Source of the DNA: a bacterium
GTDB lineage: Bacteria > Fidelibacterota > Fidelibacteria > Fidelibacterales > Fidelibacteraceae
DNA: 64,000 nucleotides
Assembly (NCBI GenBank): GCA_963676395.1
Contig: OY781066.1
Location: 896,001-960,000, forward strand
Reading direction: 5' to 3'
Below the pieces are notes generated by a model. It saw only the letters and a program-made list of their open reading frames with translations. It did not search any database and was not told the DNA's origin. Shown here piece by piece: positions 29,815 through 39,690 of the stretch. The position numbers and the translations under genes are program-made. The stretch's first letter is position 1. Each line of letters starts with the position of its first letter.

Positions 29815-30459
29815 CTACCAGTTATAATCCGGCATATCCCATTGTTTAATAATCTTTTTCTGATTGGCTTTATACCATTCGAAATTTTCGGCATACTCGT
29901 TCTGCCCTTCGGCCTTTCCGGCACGAATGCGTTTCTTGAGTTCTTCAAAACCCGCAAGAAGAGCTTCGGGACGAGGCATACAACCGGTGATATAAACATC
30001 CACAGGCAAATAATGATCAAGACGATTAATGGTATTATAAGAATCCCAATACATACCGCCGTTCACGGTACACGACCCAAGGCCAACAACAAACTTAGGG
30101 CCCTGCATCTGCTCGTAGGAACGAATAACGCGTTTTAAGGTCTTTACAGACATGTAACCGCTGATCATAAAGACATTCGCCTGACGAGGGGTAGGACGCC
30201 ACTGGATACCAAAACGGTAGGCATCAAAGCGCGGTGTCATCAACGGACGCATTTCAATGGCGCCGCAGCCGGTGCCAAAACCGAGAATCCACAAGGATTC
30301 ACTGCGTGCCCAATTAAGAAATTTTTCCCAAATCTTCACAGCCGACGCTTTATGAACTTTCGGTACTTCTCCGCAGAAATAATCCTGCATAGGATCGACC
30401 TCGAACTGTTTGCCGTCCGGGCCGGTGACCATTCTTTTTTTATTATCGTATTCTGACAT
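29815..30459 (-). CDS. NuoB/MbxJ-like Fe-S subunit
   Basis: GTGCGAIEM, PRQA, GSCTVNGG, PVDVYITGCMPRPEA. ATG 30459 preferred. Confidence 0.92.
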   Translation of the reverse strand: MSEYDNKKRMVTGPDGKQFEVDPMQDYFCGEVPKVHKASAVKIWEKFLNWARSESLWILGFGTGCGAIEMRPLMTPRFDAYRFGIQWRPTPRQANVFMISGYMSVKTLKRVIRSYEQMQGPKFVVGLGSCTVNGGMYWDSYNTINRLDHYLPVDVYITGCMPRPEALLAGFEELKKRIRAGKAEGQNEYAENFEWYKANQKKIIKQWDMPDYNW

Positions 30460-30475
30460 GAATAATCCTTCTTGT

Positions 30476-31399
30476 CTATAATAGTAATGATGTAACGATG
30501 ATTGCAATAATACCTAAAGGCAATGCATATTTATAAAACCAGCGTATTGAGTGATCAGCGCGAAATCTTGGAAAAACAACACCCACGATAACCGAAACCA
30601 TATAGATCAAAAAGACCTTCAGGATCAGCACGCCCCAATTGGTAGCTCCACCAAAAAAGAGATTCATAAACAGCACGGTCTTAGCCATAGGAAAGATGGC
30701 TCTATTGGTTTGCAAAACACCCAAAAAAGTGGAATGAAATTCTGTAGGTGGTCCAATGGGAATTTCCTGAGGCGCAAGCACAATATCAAACGGCGAACGC
30801 ATCATGGTTCCAAGAAAAGCGATCAAACCAAGAACAGTAACCAAAGGATTGGTCATCATGGTCCAATTCATGATCCCCCCTTGCTGTGCAGCAACAATGG
30901 TGGTAATATTCAGCGATTGATACTGAATAGCCACGCCAATGAATGACAACACCATAGGGATCTCAGCGGCTGTCACCTGTGCCAAACCTCGACCAACACC
31001 CAGTGCGGAGTAAGGATGTCCACCTTGACCGGCACCTAAAGCCATACCCAATGTTCCAAAGAAAATAAAGTACAGCACCAGAATCATATCTCCTGCCACC
31101 GAAAAGTTTGAAAACATCTCAGAACCAAAAATCGCCGGTACAAACAAAAACACACCAATACCGCCTGTTAGTCGAAAAACAGGACCCAGATAGAACATCA
31201 CGCCATGTGAAATATTTGATCGCAACCCATAATTTTTAATAAGATCAATATAAGGTTGATACCATCGAATACCATAGCGCCCTCCAACACGAGCACCGAT
31301 CTTTCGAATAACACCCTGAAGGATTAATCCAACATTTAAAATAATGAATAACGAAAGTATCGCATAAGGTATTTTTATCCATTGAAATTCCATCATCAT
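30476..31399 (-). CDS. NuoH/MbxM-like membrane subunit
   Basis: RK..AR..GR.G...QP..DLIK, R.PFD..AP.E, PRFR. Confidence 0.9.
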   Translation of the reverse strand: MMMEFQWIKIPYAILSLFIILNVGLILQGVIRKIGARVGGRYGIRWYQPYIDLIKNYGLRSNISHGVMFYLGPVFRLTGGIGVFLFVPAIFGSEMFSNFSVAGDMILVLYFIFFGTLGMALGAGQGGHPYSALGVGRGLAQVTAAEIPMVLSFIGVAIQYQSLNITTIVAAQQGGIMNWTMMTNPLVTVLGLIAFLGTMMRSPFDIVLAPQEIPIGPPTEFHSTFLGVLQTNRAIFPMAKTVLFMNLFFGGATNWGVLILKVFLIYMVSVIVGVVFPRFRADHSIRWFYKYALPLGIIAIIVTSLLL

Positions 31400-34300
31400 C
31401 CTCCTATCACAAAAGCATAAACAACCACAACAAATAGGATGATATGCATAAGATATGTTTGTCCATTACCGTTGTAAATCCGTCTTAAGAAATCACCGAC
31501 AGCATGAAAGGACCTACCGACACCTTTCCAAAAATTCACAGCCAGCGGAGTTGATAAAATACCAAGCGCCTTACTGTAATGAGCAAAAAAGTTATAACCC
31601 ACATGCGTTAACTCGGGACGAGATGGTCGCTCTGCGGCATAAACGATATTGAATTGTTTAACCTTTTGGCTCTTACGATTCGAAATCAATAACCACACAA
31701 GCACCATCATAAAAACAACGCCTGTGATCATTAAGATCGTTAAACCATCCCAATGACCAAAAGGTGTAAACGCTACACCGTTTTGCCAATTAATGGCACC
31801 ATTCGGGAAGATTTTTACAAGGAAATCACCCACATGACCCAAGATCAATCCCGGGTATATTGAGAAAACCATAATTGCCATCATCATGATCACTTGTGGA
31901 ATAATGATAGGTAGAGGTGCTTCCTTTACATGGCGATGCTCATCTTTCAGCTGTCCCAAGAAGACCGAATATATCAACCTAAAGCAATATAGAAAAGCAA
32001 TCAAACCACCCAAAATAACCACGGCTCCCTGAGCATACCAACCCTTTTCAAGCAAGATATTATAGGTCAACCATTTTCCGGCAAAACCACTCAGCGGTGG
32101 AACACCGGCAAGAGTAATAATACCGATCAATACAGATATAAATGAAATGGGCATTCGAGTAATAAGTCCACCCATTTGATACATATTCTTAGTTTTAGTC
32201 CGCCAAACAACCCCGCCTATAGCAAGGAACAATAAGGACTTAAACAGGAAATGATTCAATGCGTAAGTGATGGAAGTAAGCCAGCCCAAGTGCGTCATCA
32301 TACTCAAACCAAAAAGCACATAACCCAGATTACCCACGGATGAGTACGCTAATAAACGTTTCGCATCTTCTTGATAGATGGCGGCAAGATTACCTAAGAA
32401 TACGGTAATAGCACCCAGCCAACTGAGGATGTAGTTTATATGTACTTTTCCTATCATAGGATCTTGAATTGCAGACATCACAATAATAAGCCCGAACATA
32501 CCTGCTTTTAGCAGAATGGCCGAGACCATAGGCGATACATCTGTTTCGGCTTCGCCATGAGCACCCGGCAACCAAATGTGCAAACCCATGCTCGCCAGCT
32601 TTGTAAGAAATCCAAGTACCAGTAGAATATAAATAAGCGGTGAAGCGTCTGTAATCACAGATAACAATCCAAGATCAATGCTTCCACCATTATTGGCAAA
32701 GAACAAGCCAAGTCCACTTAACATCACATAAGCACCTCCCAAAGAGAAAAGCAAATATGAAAATGCGTGAGGTTTAGACTTCTTGCCACGAATAATTAAA
32801 AAATAAGAACCAATGGTCATTAACTCCCATGCCGTAAACAACTGCAACGTGTTCTCGGCCATCAACAATCCTGCGAGTCCGGTATACATCATCACCGCAA
32901 AAGGATAAAATCCTGTCCGTTTCCCTTTATAGGCGTATCCGGGAATCAGCAATAAAGTACCGCCTACCAGGAAAATAATGCCAAACATAAAGCGATAACC
33001 TTCAAGTCCCAACAGTAAATCGTAGGTATAATATCCCATAGCCGCAATAATCAATGTATTCTTCAACCAAGCCGGCAAAAAATCCAGCACAAAAAGTACT
33101 GCGATCACCAACATTGGGATGTAGAATATTTTAAGCGATTCCCCTCCGGGAACATAGGTAGATGCGAATGCACCCAAAGTAAGTAAAGATAGTACCGCGA
33201 TCAAAACCGGGATTGCTTGCGTAAAAGCCACCTTGATCTTAACCTTGACGTCAGCTTTGAGAATTTTCCCCAACCAACGGAACAAATATGCCGCTTCCAG
33301 CAAAGTACCCAAAAGGACCATGGCGATAAAGAAATACTGCCCGCCTTTGGCGAAAAGCATTACCATTTGCCATTTGGCAAAGAAAGATGGGAAAGGCGGT
33401 AACCCCACAAGCGCCAGGATAAATACACCGAAAGCAAAAAGATAGATCGGACGCTTTTTCAGGTCGCCCCACTCTTCTATTTTTTCTTTATTCAACATAC
33501 CTGCCAACCAAAACAAACCGGCCTTAGCAATAAAATGTGAGATAAACAAACCGCCAATGATTAGGATCATCGACGATCCGGCAAGCTCCAATCCCAAAAC
33601 GGGAAACATGGCCAGCACACCAACAATAAGACCAATTTGACCAATGGATGAATAACCCAATAATCGCTTGGCATTATCTTGCATTAATCCCATTACATTC
33701 GATGCAACAAAGGTCGTCACACCAATAGCGGCAAGGATCAAAAGCAAGCTTTCATTTAACATAGGCAGGATCTTGTACAACGCAAACAGCATGCCTGCAG
33801 ATGATCCCGATGCGATCACTGCGTTCACGGCAGGATCCACTGCTTCGTAAACATCCAATGCCCAACCGTTTGCGGGGAAAGGCTTCAGTTCGATCACAAT
33901 CGCCATCAACAAAGTAAAAACGGCAAGTAATACAGCGCGGCTCGATGCAACATCAATGACCGCTGCCATACTGTCGATATGCAATACTCCGCTAAAGCGA
34001 TAAAGATAGATCGTACCGATCAGGAAAAACACCGAGGCCAAACCGCCGGCGATCATATATTTAAAACCGGCTGACAAAGATTTACCATCTCGATTGATCC
34101 CGATCAGGGCAAAGGTGGCAATGGAGGTGATCTCCATAAACACAAACAGGTTAAACAAGTCACGGGTCATAATTAATCCATTAATACCCATGATCATCAT
34201 GAGTAAAAGAACCATTGCATTGACCTTGCTTGTATTGAGCCTCTTAAGCAAATATAGTCCCGATAAAAAGCCCAGCACATTCACCGCAAGCGTAAAAAAC

Positions 34301-34539
34301 GCTTCGTATAAACCCATCTGTAAATTAATTGAGAAAGGTGGTTTAAACCCGGCGGTATAGATCATTGCGACTTCCCCGCCATTGATCAGAGAGACAAGCC
34401 ACTGAGCCGAAATGACAGCCATACCGGCAAGTGCGGCAAAAAATACCAAAAGACTGAGTTTTCGCCAGACTTTATCAAAGAGGGCCAAAAGGAAACCCGC
34501 ACCCAAGGCAAGAATGAAAATATATATCGGATTTACCAT
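31396..34539 (-). CDS. Fused double MrpD/NuoL-M-N-type antiporter subunit (MbxH+H'-like)
   Basis: 1047 aa with two antiporter repeats: DLFNLFVFME..KRLLGYSS..GLPPF and QLFTAWE..HIWLP..KRLLAYSS..GVPPLSGF. Confidence 0.9.
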   Translation of the reverse strand: MVNPIYIFILALGAGFLLALFDKVWRKLSLLVFFAALAGMAVISAQWLVSLINGGEVAMIYTAGFKPPFSINLQMGLYEAFFTLAVNVLGFLSGLYLLKRLNTSKVNAMVLLLMMIMGINGLIMTRDLFNLFVFMEITSIATFALIGINRDGKSLSAGFKYMIAGGLASVFFLIGTIYLYRFSGVLHIDSMAAVIDVASSRAVLLAVFTLLMAIVIELKPFPANGWALDVYEAVDPAVNAVIASGSSAGMLFALYKILPMLNESLLLILAAIGVTTFVASNVMGLMQDNAKRLLGYSSIGQIGLIVGVLAMFPVLGLELAGSSMILIIGGLFISHFIAKAGLFWLAGMLNKEKIEEWGDLKKRPIYLFAFGVFILALVGLPPFPSFFAKWQMVMLFAKGGQYFFIAMVLLGTLLEAAYLFRWLGKILKADVKVKIKVAFTQAIPVLIAVLSLLTLGAFASTYVPGGESLKIFYIPMLVIAVLFVLDFLPAWLKNTLIIAAMGYYTYDLLLGLEGYRFMFGIIFLVGGTLLLIPGYAYKGKRTGFYPFAVMMYTGLAGLLMAENTLQLFTAWELMTIGSYFLIIRGKKSKPHAFSYLLFSLGGAYVMLSGLGLFFANNGGSIDLGLLSVITDASPLIYILLVLGFLTKLASMGLHIWLPGAHGEAETDVSPMVSAILLKAGMFGLIIVMSAIQDPMIGKVHINYILSWLGAITVFLGNLAAIYQEDAKRLLAYSSVGNLGYVLFGLSMMTHLGWLTSITYALNHFLFKSLLFLAIGGVVWRTKTKNMYQMGGLITRMPISFISVLIGIITLAGVPPLSGFAGKWLTYNILLEKGWYAQGAVVILGGLIAFLYCFRLIYSVFLGQLKDEHRHVKEAPLPIIIPQVIMMMAIMVFSIYPGLILGHVGDFLVKIFPNGAINWQNGVAFTPFGHWDGLTILMITGVVFMMVLVWLLISNRKSQKVKQFNIVYAAERPSRPELTHVGYNFFAHYSKALGILSTPLAVNFWKGVGRSFHAVGDFLRRIYNGNGQTYLMHIILFVVVVYAFVIGG

Positions 34540-34886
34540 TTTAACTCCTTGAATGTTGAAATATCAAGTGTCTTATTTTTTTCATACAGTTTGATCGCAT
34601 AGGATAACATTAAAGCCGTTACAGCCAAACCGATAACAATTGCCGTCAACACCAATGCCGAGGGAATAGGATCAACAACCTGATTCACTGCATCGGCTTT
34701 TAATACGGCAGAATCCAAGATCGGAGCTGTGCGATCTTTAAGATAGCCAATAGAGACCATCACTAAATGCACACCCGTATCCACAATGGAAAAACCGATA
34801 ATGATCTTGATGATATTTTTATTGGTCAGCATACCCCAAAGTCCGACAAGGATGAGGATGAAACCTAAGTAAGTAATAAGTGTCAT
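34533..34886 (-). CDS. mnhC: MrpC/MnhC-type subunit
   Basis: NIIKIIIG, DPIPSALVLTAIVIG. Confidence 0.93.
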   Translation of the reverse strand: MTLITYLGFILILVGLWGMLTNKNIIKIIIGFSIVDTGVHLVMVSIGYLKDRTAPILDSAVLKADAVNQVVDPIPSALVLTAIVIGLAVTALMLSYAIKLYEKNKTLDISTFKELKW

Positions 34887-35572
34887 GATCTCACCTCCCG
34901 CATATTATCGACGATGCCAACCAATTCCGCACCGACCTTTAAACCGATAAAAGAATAGATCAAAGGAATAGCGCCGGCAGAAATCAGCGATCCGAACTCG
35001 CCAAGCTCAAGAAAGCGGTTATCAAGAAAACCCGCAGCCAGAACAAGTCCAAGAATACCAATAGCGACATAGGAAGCACCGGACAGAGATTCAACAAGAT
35101 GAAGCACCGAATTATTGATACTTGCAGACACATCGGTCAGCAGCAACAAAACAAAAGCCGTGGCGATCACTACGCCTCCCTGAAACCCGCCACCGGGTGT
35201 CAAGTGACCGTGCAAGAAAATATAAACGCCAAACACCAGGATCAGCGGAAAAAGAAAAGCCGTTCCACTAAAAAGAATTTGGGATGCTTGTCTACGAGCG
35301 GCTTTCTCATTCTTGCCTTCACGACGAAGAAAGAAACCCACACCGGCAGCCGCAATGAACAAAACGGCTACCTCACCCAAAGTATCAAGACCACGATAGG
35401 TCACGATCACCGAGCTCACCAGGTTCGCACCGCCCAATTCTTTGGGACCATCCTGAACATATTTTTCTGCCGTAGGCGAAAGCTTTTCAAACGCTTGAAA
35501 ATCTTTTGCAAAAGGCAATAACATGAGCATAAAGAAAGCCATTAATACAACTAAGAGGATCTTTTTAACCAT
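34883..35572 (-). CDS. mnhB: MrpB/MnhB-type subunit
   Basis: N.V..V...YRGLDTLGE, HGHLTPGGGFQGG. Confidence 0.93.
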   Translation of the reverse strand: MVKKILLVVLMAFFMLMLLPFAKDFQAFEKLSPTAEKYVQDGPKELGGANLVSSVIVTYRGLDTLGEVAVLFIAAAGVGFFLRREGKNEKAARRQASQILFSGTAFLFPLILVFGVYIFLHGHLTPGGGFQGGVVIATAFVLLLLTDVSASINNSVLHLVESLSGASYVAIGILGLVLAAGFLDNRFLELGEFGSLISAGAIPLIYSFIGLKVGAELVGIVDNMREVRS

Positions 35573-35813
35573 TTTTATCCTCCTTCCTGATCTTATTCAA
35601 GGCAAAGAGAAACACCAAGGTAGTCAAACCCGAACCGATAGCCGCCTCGGTCATCGCAACATCGGGCGCAGCTAGAACAAGATATAAAATGGAAGCCAGC
35701 AAGGATACCGCGCCTGCAGCGATCACGGCAGAAAGCAGTGATTTCTGCACAAGTGCCAAAATGGCAGCGACGATCATGATGACGCCCAAAACAATAATTA
35801 ATACGGTCGTCAT
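35565..35813 (-). CDS. DUF4040/MbhD-like small membrane subunit
   Basis: LAAPDVAMTEAAIGSG motif. Confidence 0.9.
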   Translation of the reverse strand: MTTVLIIVLGVIMIVAAILALVQKSLLSAVIAAGAVSLLASILYLVLAAPDVAMTEAAIGSGLTTLVFLFALNKIRKEDKNG

Positions 35814-36151
35814 TTCTTGCCTCCTTTGTCTTTTGCTTTATCGGCGGCAAGATCATCTTTGATGGTTTTGACTGAAACGGTAGTTCCAATAAAATGCGCC
35901 GCACGTGCCAAAGCATGTGAAGAAAGCGGATTAGTTAAAATAATAAATAGAATAAGGATCACGATCTTACCGGTAGCGGAACCACCAAAACCAAAAGCCA
36001 GTCCGGCTAGAAAAAGAATTGTTCCCAAGGTAGTCGCCTTTGTACCCGCTTGCATACGGTTAAATACATCAGGCATTCTCAGCAAACCGAGTGCACCAAG
36101 AAATAAAAAGATCGATCCGATCAATGTAATAATAGCACCTACGAGTTCCAT
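35810..36151 (-). CDS. mnhG: MrpG/MnhG-type subunit
   Basis: GLLRMPDVFNRMQAGTKATTLG, TNP.SSHALARAA. Confidence 0.93.
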   Translation of the reverse strand: MELVGAIITLIGSIFLFLGALGLLRMPDVFNRMQAGTKATTLGTILFLAGLAFGFGGSATGKIVILILFIILTNPLSSHALARAAHFIGTTVSVKTIKDDLAADKAKDKGGKK

Positions 36152-36411
36152 TACAGCCCCCTTTCCAGATATCTTGCTATCGCGATCACACCAACAAAAG
36201 AAATCAGCGCATAAACCATAGCAATATCAAGATAGATCACTCGCTCCAAAAGGAAAGCCAATAAAGCGATCACCGAAATAGCAACAATGGTCATTACATC
36301 CAATGCCACCACTCTATCAACCGATGTTGGACCGGAGATCATACGAACAAAGGCAAGCAAAATGGCAAGCAGAGCAATAGCCCCTGCGATTTGATATAGT
36401 ATATTAGCCAA
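36151..36411 (-). CDS. mnhF: MrpF/MnhF-type subunit
   Basis: R...GPT..DRVVALD, DIA.VYAL..F.G..A.ARYL. Confidence 0.93.
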   Translation of the reverse strand: MANILYQIAGAIALLAILLAFVRMISGPTSVDRVVALDVMTIVAISVIALLAFLLERVIYLDIAMVYALISFVGVIAIARYLERGL

Positions 36412-36898
36412 AGATCACCTCCAGATATTTTTCAAATTTATCAACGATGGCCTTTGTGGCTCCTTCAAGATCTTCCTCACGAACTTCGATCCAATGGATA
36501 TACAACATATCATCTTTGATATCTACCGTTAAGGTTCCGGGGGTAAGCGTGATCGAATTTGCCAGAATTGTTATAGCGATCTTCGAATTCAGCTTAGTTT
36601 TTACCTTGACAATCCCGGGTTTAATGGGGAGTTTCGGGTTAATGACCCGGCGTGCAACATCCAAATTAGATACAATCAATTCCCACGCAAAAACAAAGGG
36701 ATAGACCAACATAAAAAGGATGGCTTTGGGTGTAAGCCTCAAATCACCCAATACAGGTTCCAACCTGAGGGTAAAGAGCACCACAAGCGCCGATACGGCC
36801 ACGCCCGCCCAAAGTTCTTGTCCACTGTTCGGTGTAAGCAAAACCCACAGCAACAGTAGAAGTAAAAACAATAGGACAGAGTGTTTGAATCGTTTCAT
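36404..36898 (-). CDS. mnhE: MrpE/MnhE-type subunit
   Basis: SNLDVA, PGIV, LANSITLTPGTLT, LYIHW. Confidence 0.93.
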   Translation of the reverse strand: MKRFKHSVLLFLLLLLLWVLLTPNSGQELWAGVAVSALVVLFTLRLEPVLGDLRLTPKAILFMLVYPFVFAWELIVSNLDVARRVINPKLPIKPGIVKVKTKLNSKIAITILANSITLTPGTLTVDIKDDMLYIHWIEVREEDLEGATKAIVDKFEKYLEVIFG

Positions 36899-36912
36899 AG
36901 CTCCACTTCCGT

Positions 36913-37584
36913 TTAATTATTTATTATATTATCATCTTTCTGCGTAAGACAATTCTTCATGCAAAAAGAGATTACTTCCAGTTCTTTAGCTAGGTCAATA
37001 TTATGGATAAACATCTCATTTTTACGACCGGGAAAAATCACAGACGTAAAATTAAGAATACCTTTTACATACGTCGGGTCTAACATTTCTACAATACCCT
37101 CGGCTTCGCTTGAAGGTACGGCCAGCACCACAATCTCTATGTGATGTTCTTTGATATATTTGTTTAATGTGTCTATAGAATATATAGGTGTTTGACCTAT
37201 CTTGCCACCGATTTTTTCTTTATTGCTTTCAAAGGCAGCTACAAAATCAAAATTAGCATCGAGAAAACCGGAATAACGAAGTATAGCGGTTCCAAGATGA
37301 CCCACGCCAACAAGAACGACCTGTTTAATATTATCCAAGCCAAGAATTTTATTCAGACGCGCTTTCAACTCCTTAACATTATAACCTTGTCCTTTAAGGC
37401 CATAAGCTTCAAATTGAGCAAGATCTTTTCGAATAATAGTCGGTTTCAAGCCGCAATGTGAAGACATTTCCTGAGAAGTCAACATCTCTCTTCCCTGTTC
37501 TTCGGCACATCGCAAACAACGCAAGTAATCCGTTAAACGACGAATTACCGCCTCGGAAATTTTATTTTCTTGTAAATATTCCAA
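36913..37584 (-). CDS. rex: Redox-sensing transcriptional repressor Rex
   Basis: RRL..YLR.L, IRKDL..F...G.GY, VGVGHLG, AVP, GILNFT; TTG start. Confidence 0.88.
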   Translation of the reverse strand: MEYLQENKISEAVIRRLTDYLRCLRCAEEQGREMLTSQEMSSHCGLKPTIIRKDLAQFEAYGLKGQGYNVKELKARLNKILGLDNIKQVVLVGVGHLGTAILRYSGFLDANFDFVAAFESNKEKIGGKIGQTPIYSIDTLNKYIKEHHIEIVVLAVPSSEAEGIVEMLDPTYVKGILNFTSVIFPGRKNEMFIHNIDLAKELEVISFCMKNCLTQKDDNIINN

Positions 37585-37633
37585 TATGATTACACTACCC
37601 TTCTTAAATAATTCGCATGCTACTTACCATTGC

Positions 37634-37657
37634 TTGTGAAAGTTATAACTTTCACTT
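37634..37657. promoter_or_regulatory. Palindromic operator, candidate Rex box
   Basis: Perfect 20-bp palindrome GTGAAAGTTATAACTTTCAC (37636-37655) with a TTGTGAA half-site, about 50 bp upstream of rex. Confidence 0.55.
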
Positions 37658-37834
37658 AGTCAATGCAAGAAAATTCTGTTTACTTCCTAAAAGCATACTA
37701 ACAATATGCTACTCACCGAAGTATTGAAAGGCGGTAAAAGCACTCAATATATTATTCAAACACGCAGGTTTGCTCCTATAATCGAATCAATAAAATCTTT
37801 GTGTTTATAATAACATTTCTCACTATATTCTTCT

Positions 37835-38452
37835 ATGAAACCAAAAATACCGTTCTCTACAACGATCTACGATCCCATTCTTGGCACCGCCTTACTACCA
37901 TTAAGGAAATCTATTGCATCAGCTCTTTCCAAAAATAAACATGCCCGTATTTTGGATCTCTGCTGTGGTACCGGAGCACAATTACGATACCTTGAAGAAA
38001 AAGATTATATCAATCTTCACGGTTTGGATCTCGACCCGGGGATGATCGCCTATGCGAAAGAATTCAGTAAATCCATTCGATTTTATCAAGAAGATGCATC
38101 TAACACCCATTTTAATCAAGGCGACTTTGATATCGTAATAAGCTCATTAGCGCTTCATGATAAAGATCAAGCACTGAGAGAAGCCATTCTCACGGAAGCC
38201 TCTCGACTTATCAGCAAACAGGGTGCTATCTATGTTGCCGATTTCGCCTTTGATGGCAATAGTACCCGTTGGGGTCGCTTCTTGATCTCTACAGTTGAAT
38301 TCTTTGCCGGCGATGAACACTATGCCAACTTTAGAGAATACACAAAACGTGGCGGCATGCCAAATGTCCTGCCTGAGGGCATGTTCAGTATGGAAGAAAT
38401 TGATCGTGTTCTTCATGGGACTATTGCGGTGTGGAAACTTACGAGAGTATGA
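37835..38452 (+). CDS. Class I SAM-dependent methyltransferase
   Basis: ILDLCCGTG, GLDLD..M, DA...F, FD......LH. Confidence 0.88.
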   Translation: MKPKIPFSTTIYDPILGTALLPLRKSIASALSKNKHARILDLCCGTGAQLRYLEEKDYINLHGLDLDPGMIAYAKEFSKSIRFYQEDASNTHFNQGDFDIVISSLALHDKDQALREAILTEASRLISKQGAIYVADFAFDGNSTRWGRFLISTVEFFAGDEHYANFREYTKRGGMPNVLPEGMFSMEEIDRVLHGTIAVWKLTRV

Positions 38453-38544
38453 GGGTAAATACGACGAAAGAGGGTTAAAACCCAAGGCTATTATATCACA
38501 AGAATTTTTCTATAATTCCTCAAAAACAATCATTACATTTAATC

Positions 38545-39483
38545 ATGCTAAAGCGCACATTAACAATCCTGCTTCTGTTTTGCGGACTTGCCTTTTCGCA
38601 AAGCATTGACTCCTTACTTACTATTATTGAATCTCATCAAAATGATGAAGAATGGTTAAAGCTACTCTCCGGCGAAAAAAATTATCACATCGTTTATTTT
38701 CAGGCAGAATACGAAACAAACTCATATTTCGCAGGTCGCGATATTGGTTTGGATTGCGCTAATGTGATAGCACAAACAGCCTACTCCTACAAAAATATCT
38801 CAATGGGCGCTGCCGCTATTTTCTACGAAAATTTGCATCCTACCCTACAAACTGCCGCCGTTTCAATTGATTATCAACTTCCGCTGAATTTGCCGATCAA
38901 CATTAATGTGGGTTATGATCGTTATTTTGTTTTCGGTGAAACCGATACGATTGCGTCAAAATACCCCAATAGTATAAACGTCTCACTTGCCTATCAGACA
39001 CACTTTTGGAAGGCTGAACTTCCCATAAGCCTTATAGTTGGCAGTGATGGCATTTTACCCCAAATAGCTCCAAGCATCTATGGAAAATTTGAGCTTTATA
39101 AGTGGAAAAAAACAAACTCGATCTCAATCAAGCCCGAGATCAATTTTCACCTGGCAACCGAAGAAACGGCTTTATCGATCACTCCGGGACATCGTCCTCG
39201 CCCAAATCTCGGTAAACCGAATGCCTTAGCGCAGGAAAATTCCGGAAATGGACAAGGCCAGGGTCCGGGACAAGGGAGCAGACCCGAAGCTCAATATCTT
39301 AAAACATTCGGACTAATGAACACCCAGATCAATCTTGAATTGATAGCAGAATTAAAAGATTTTGAAATTGGTCTAAGCTATCAATACAACCGCCCCAAAA
39401 GCATGGATCCGCAGATAAATTATTCGGCCACTTCCCTGCTGGCAATATCAATGGGGTATGTGTTTACGTTTACTTCAAAATAA
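38545..39483 (+). CDS. Hypothetical secreted/outer-membrane beta-strand protein
   Basis: Signal peptide, alternating beta pattern, Gly/Gln/Pro-rich loop GNGQGQGPGQG, terminal GYVFTF. Confidence 0.7.
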   Translation: MLKRTLTILLLFCGLAFSQSIDSLLTIIESHQNDEEWLKLLSGEKNYHIVYFQAEYETNSYFAGRDIGLDCANVIAQTAYSYKNISMGAAAIFYENLHPTLQTAAVSIDYQLPLNLPININVGYDRYFVFGETDTIASKYPNSINVSLAYQTHFWKAELPISLIVGSDGILPQIAPSIYGKFELYKWKKTNSISIKPEINFHLATEETALSITPGHRPRPNLGKPNALAQENSGNGQGQGPGQGSRPEAQYLKTFGLMNTQINLELIAELKDFEIGLSYQYNRPKSMDPQINYSATSLLAISMGYVFTFTSK

Positions 39484-39690
39484 TAATTCGCTAACATTGG
39501 TTTTAAATCCAAGATTAGTGAATATGGTTTAATTTGGATATACATTAATATTCGGTTTTGTTAAGACACAAAGTTTTGCGTTTCAGCACTGCCAAACATT
39601 TAAGCTCACAAAAGAACAATAAATGCTAATTAGCTCTTAACCTTTGAGCATTGATCCGTGTCTTATGATTGGAGACCAAGGAAATAGGAT

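Noticed and set aside
26292..36898. Group 4 [NiFe]-hydrogenase or canonical complex I
   Set aside because: The large subunit has no CxxC NiFe motifs; no NuoA/J/K/EFG; Mrp-type subunits are present instead.
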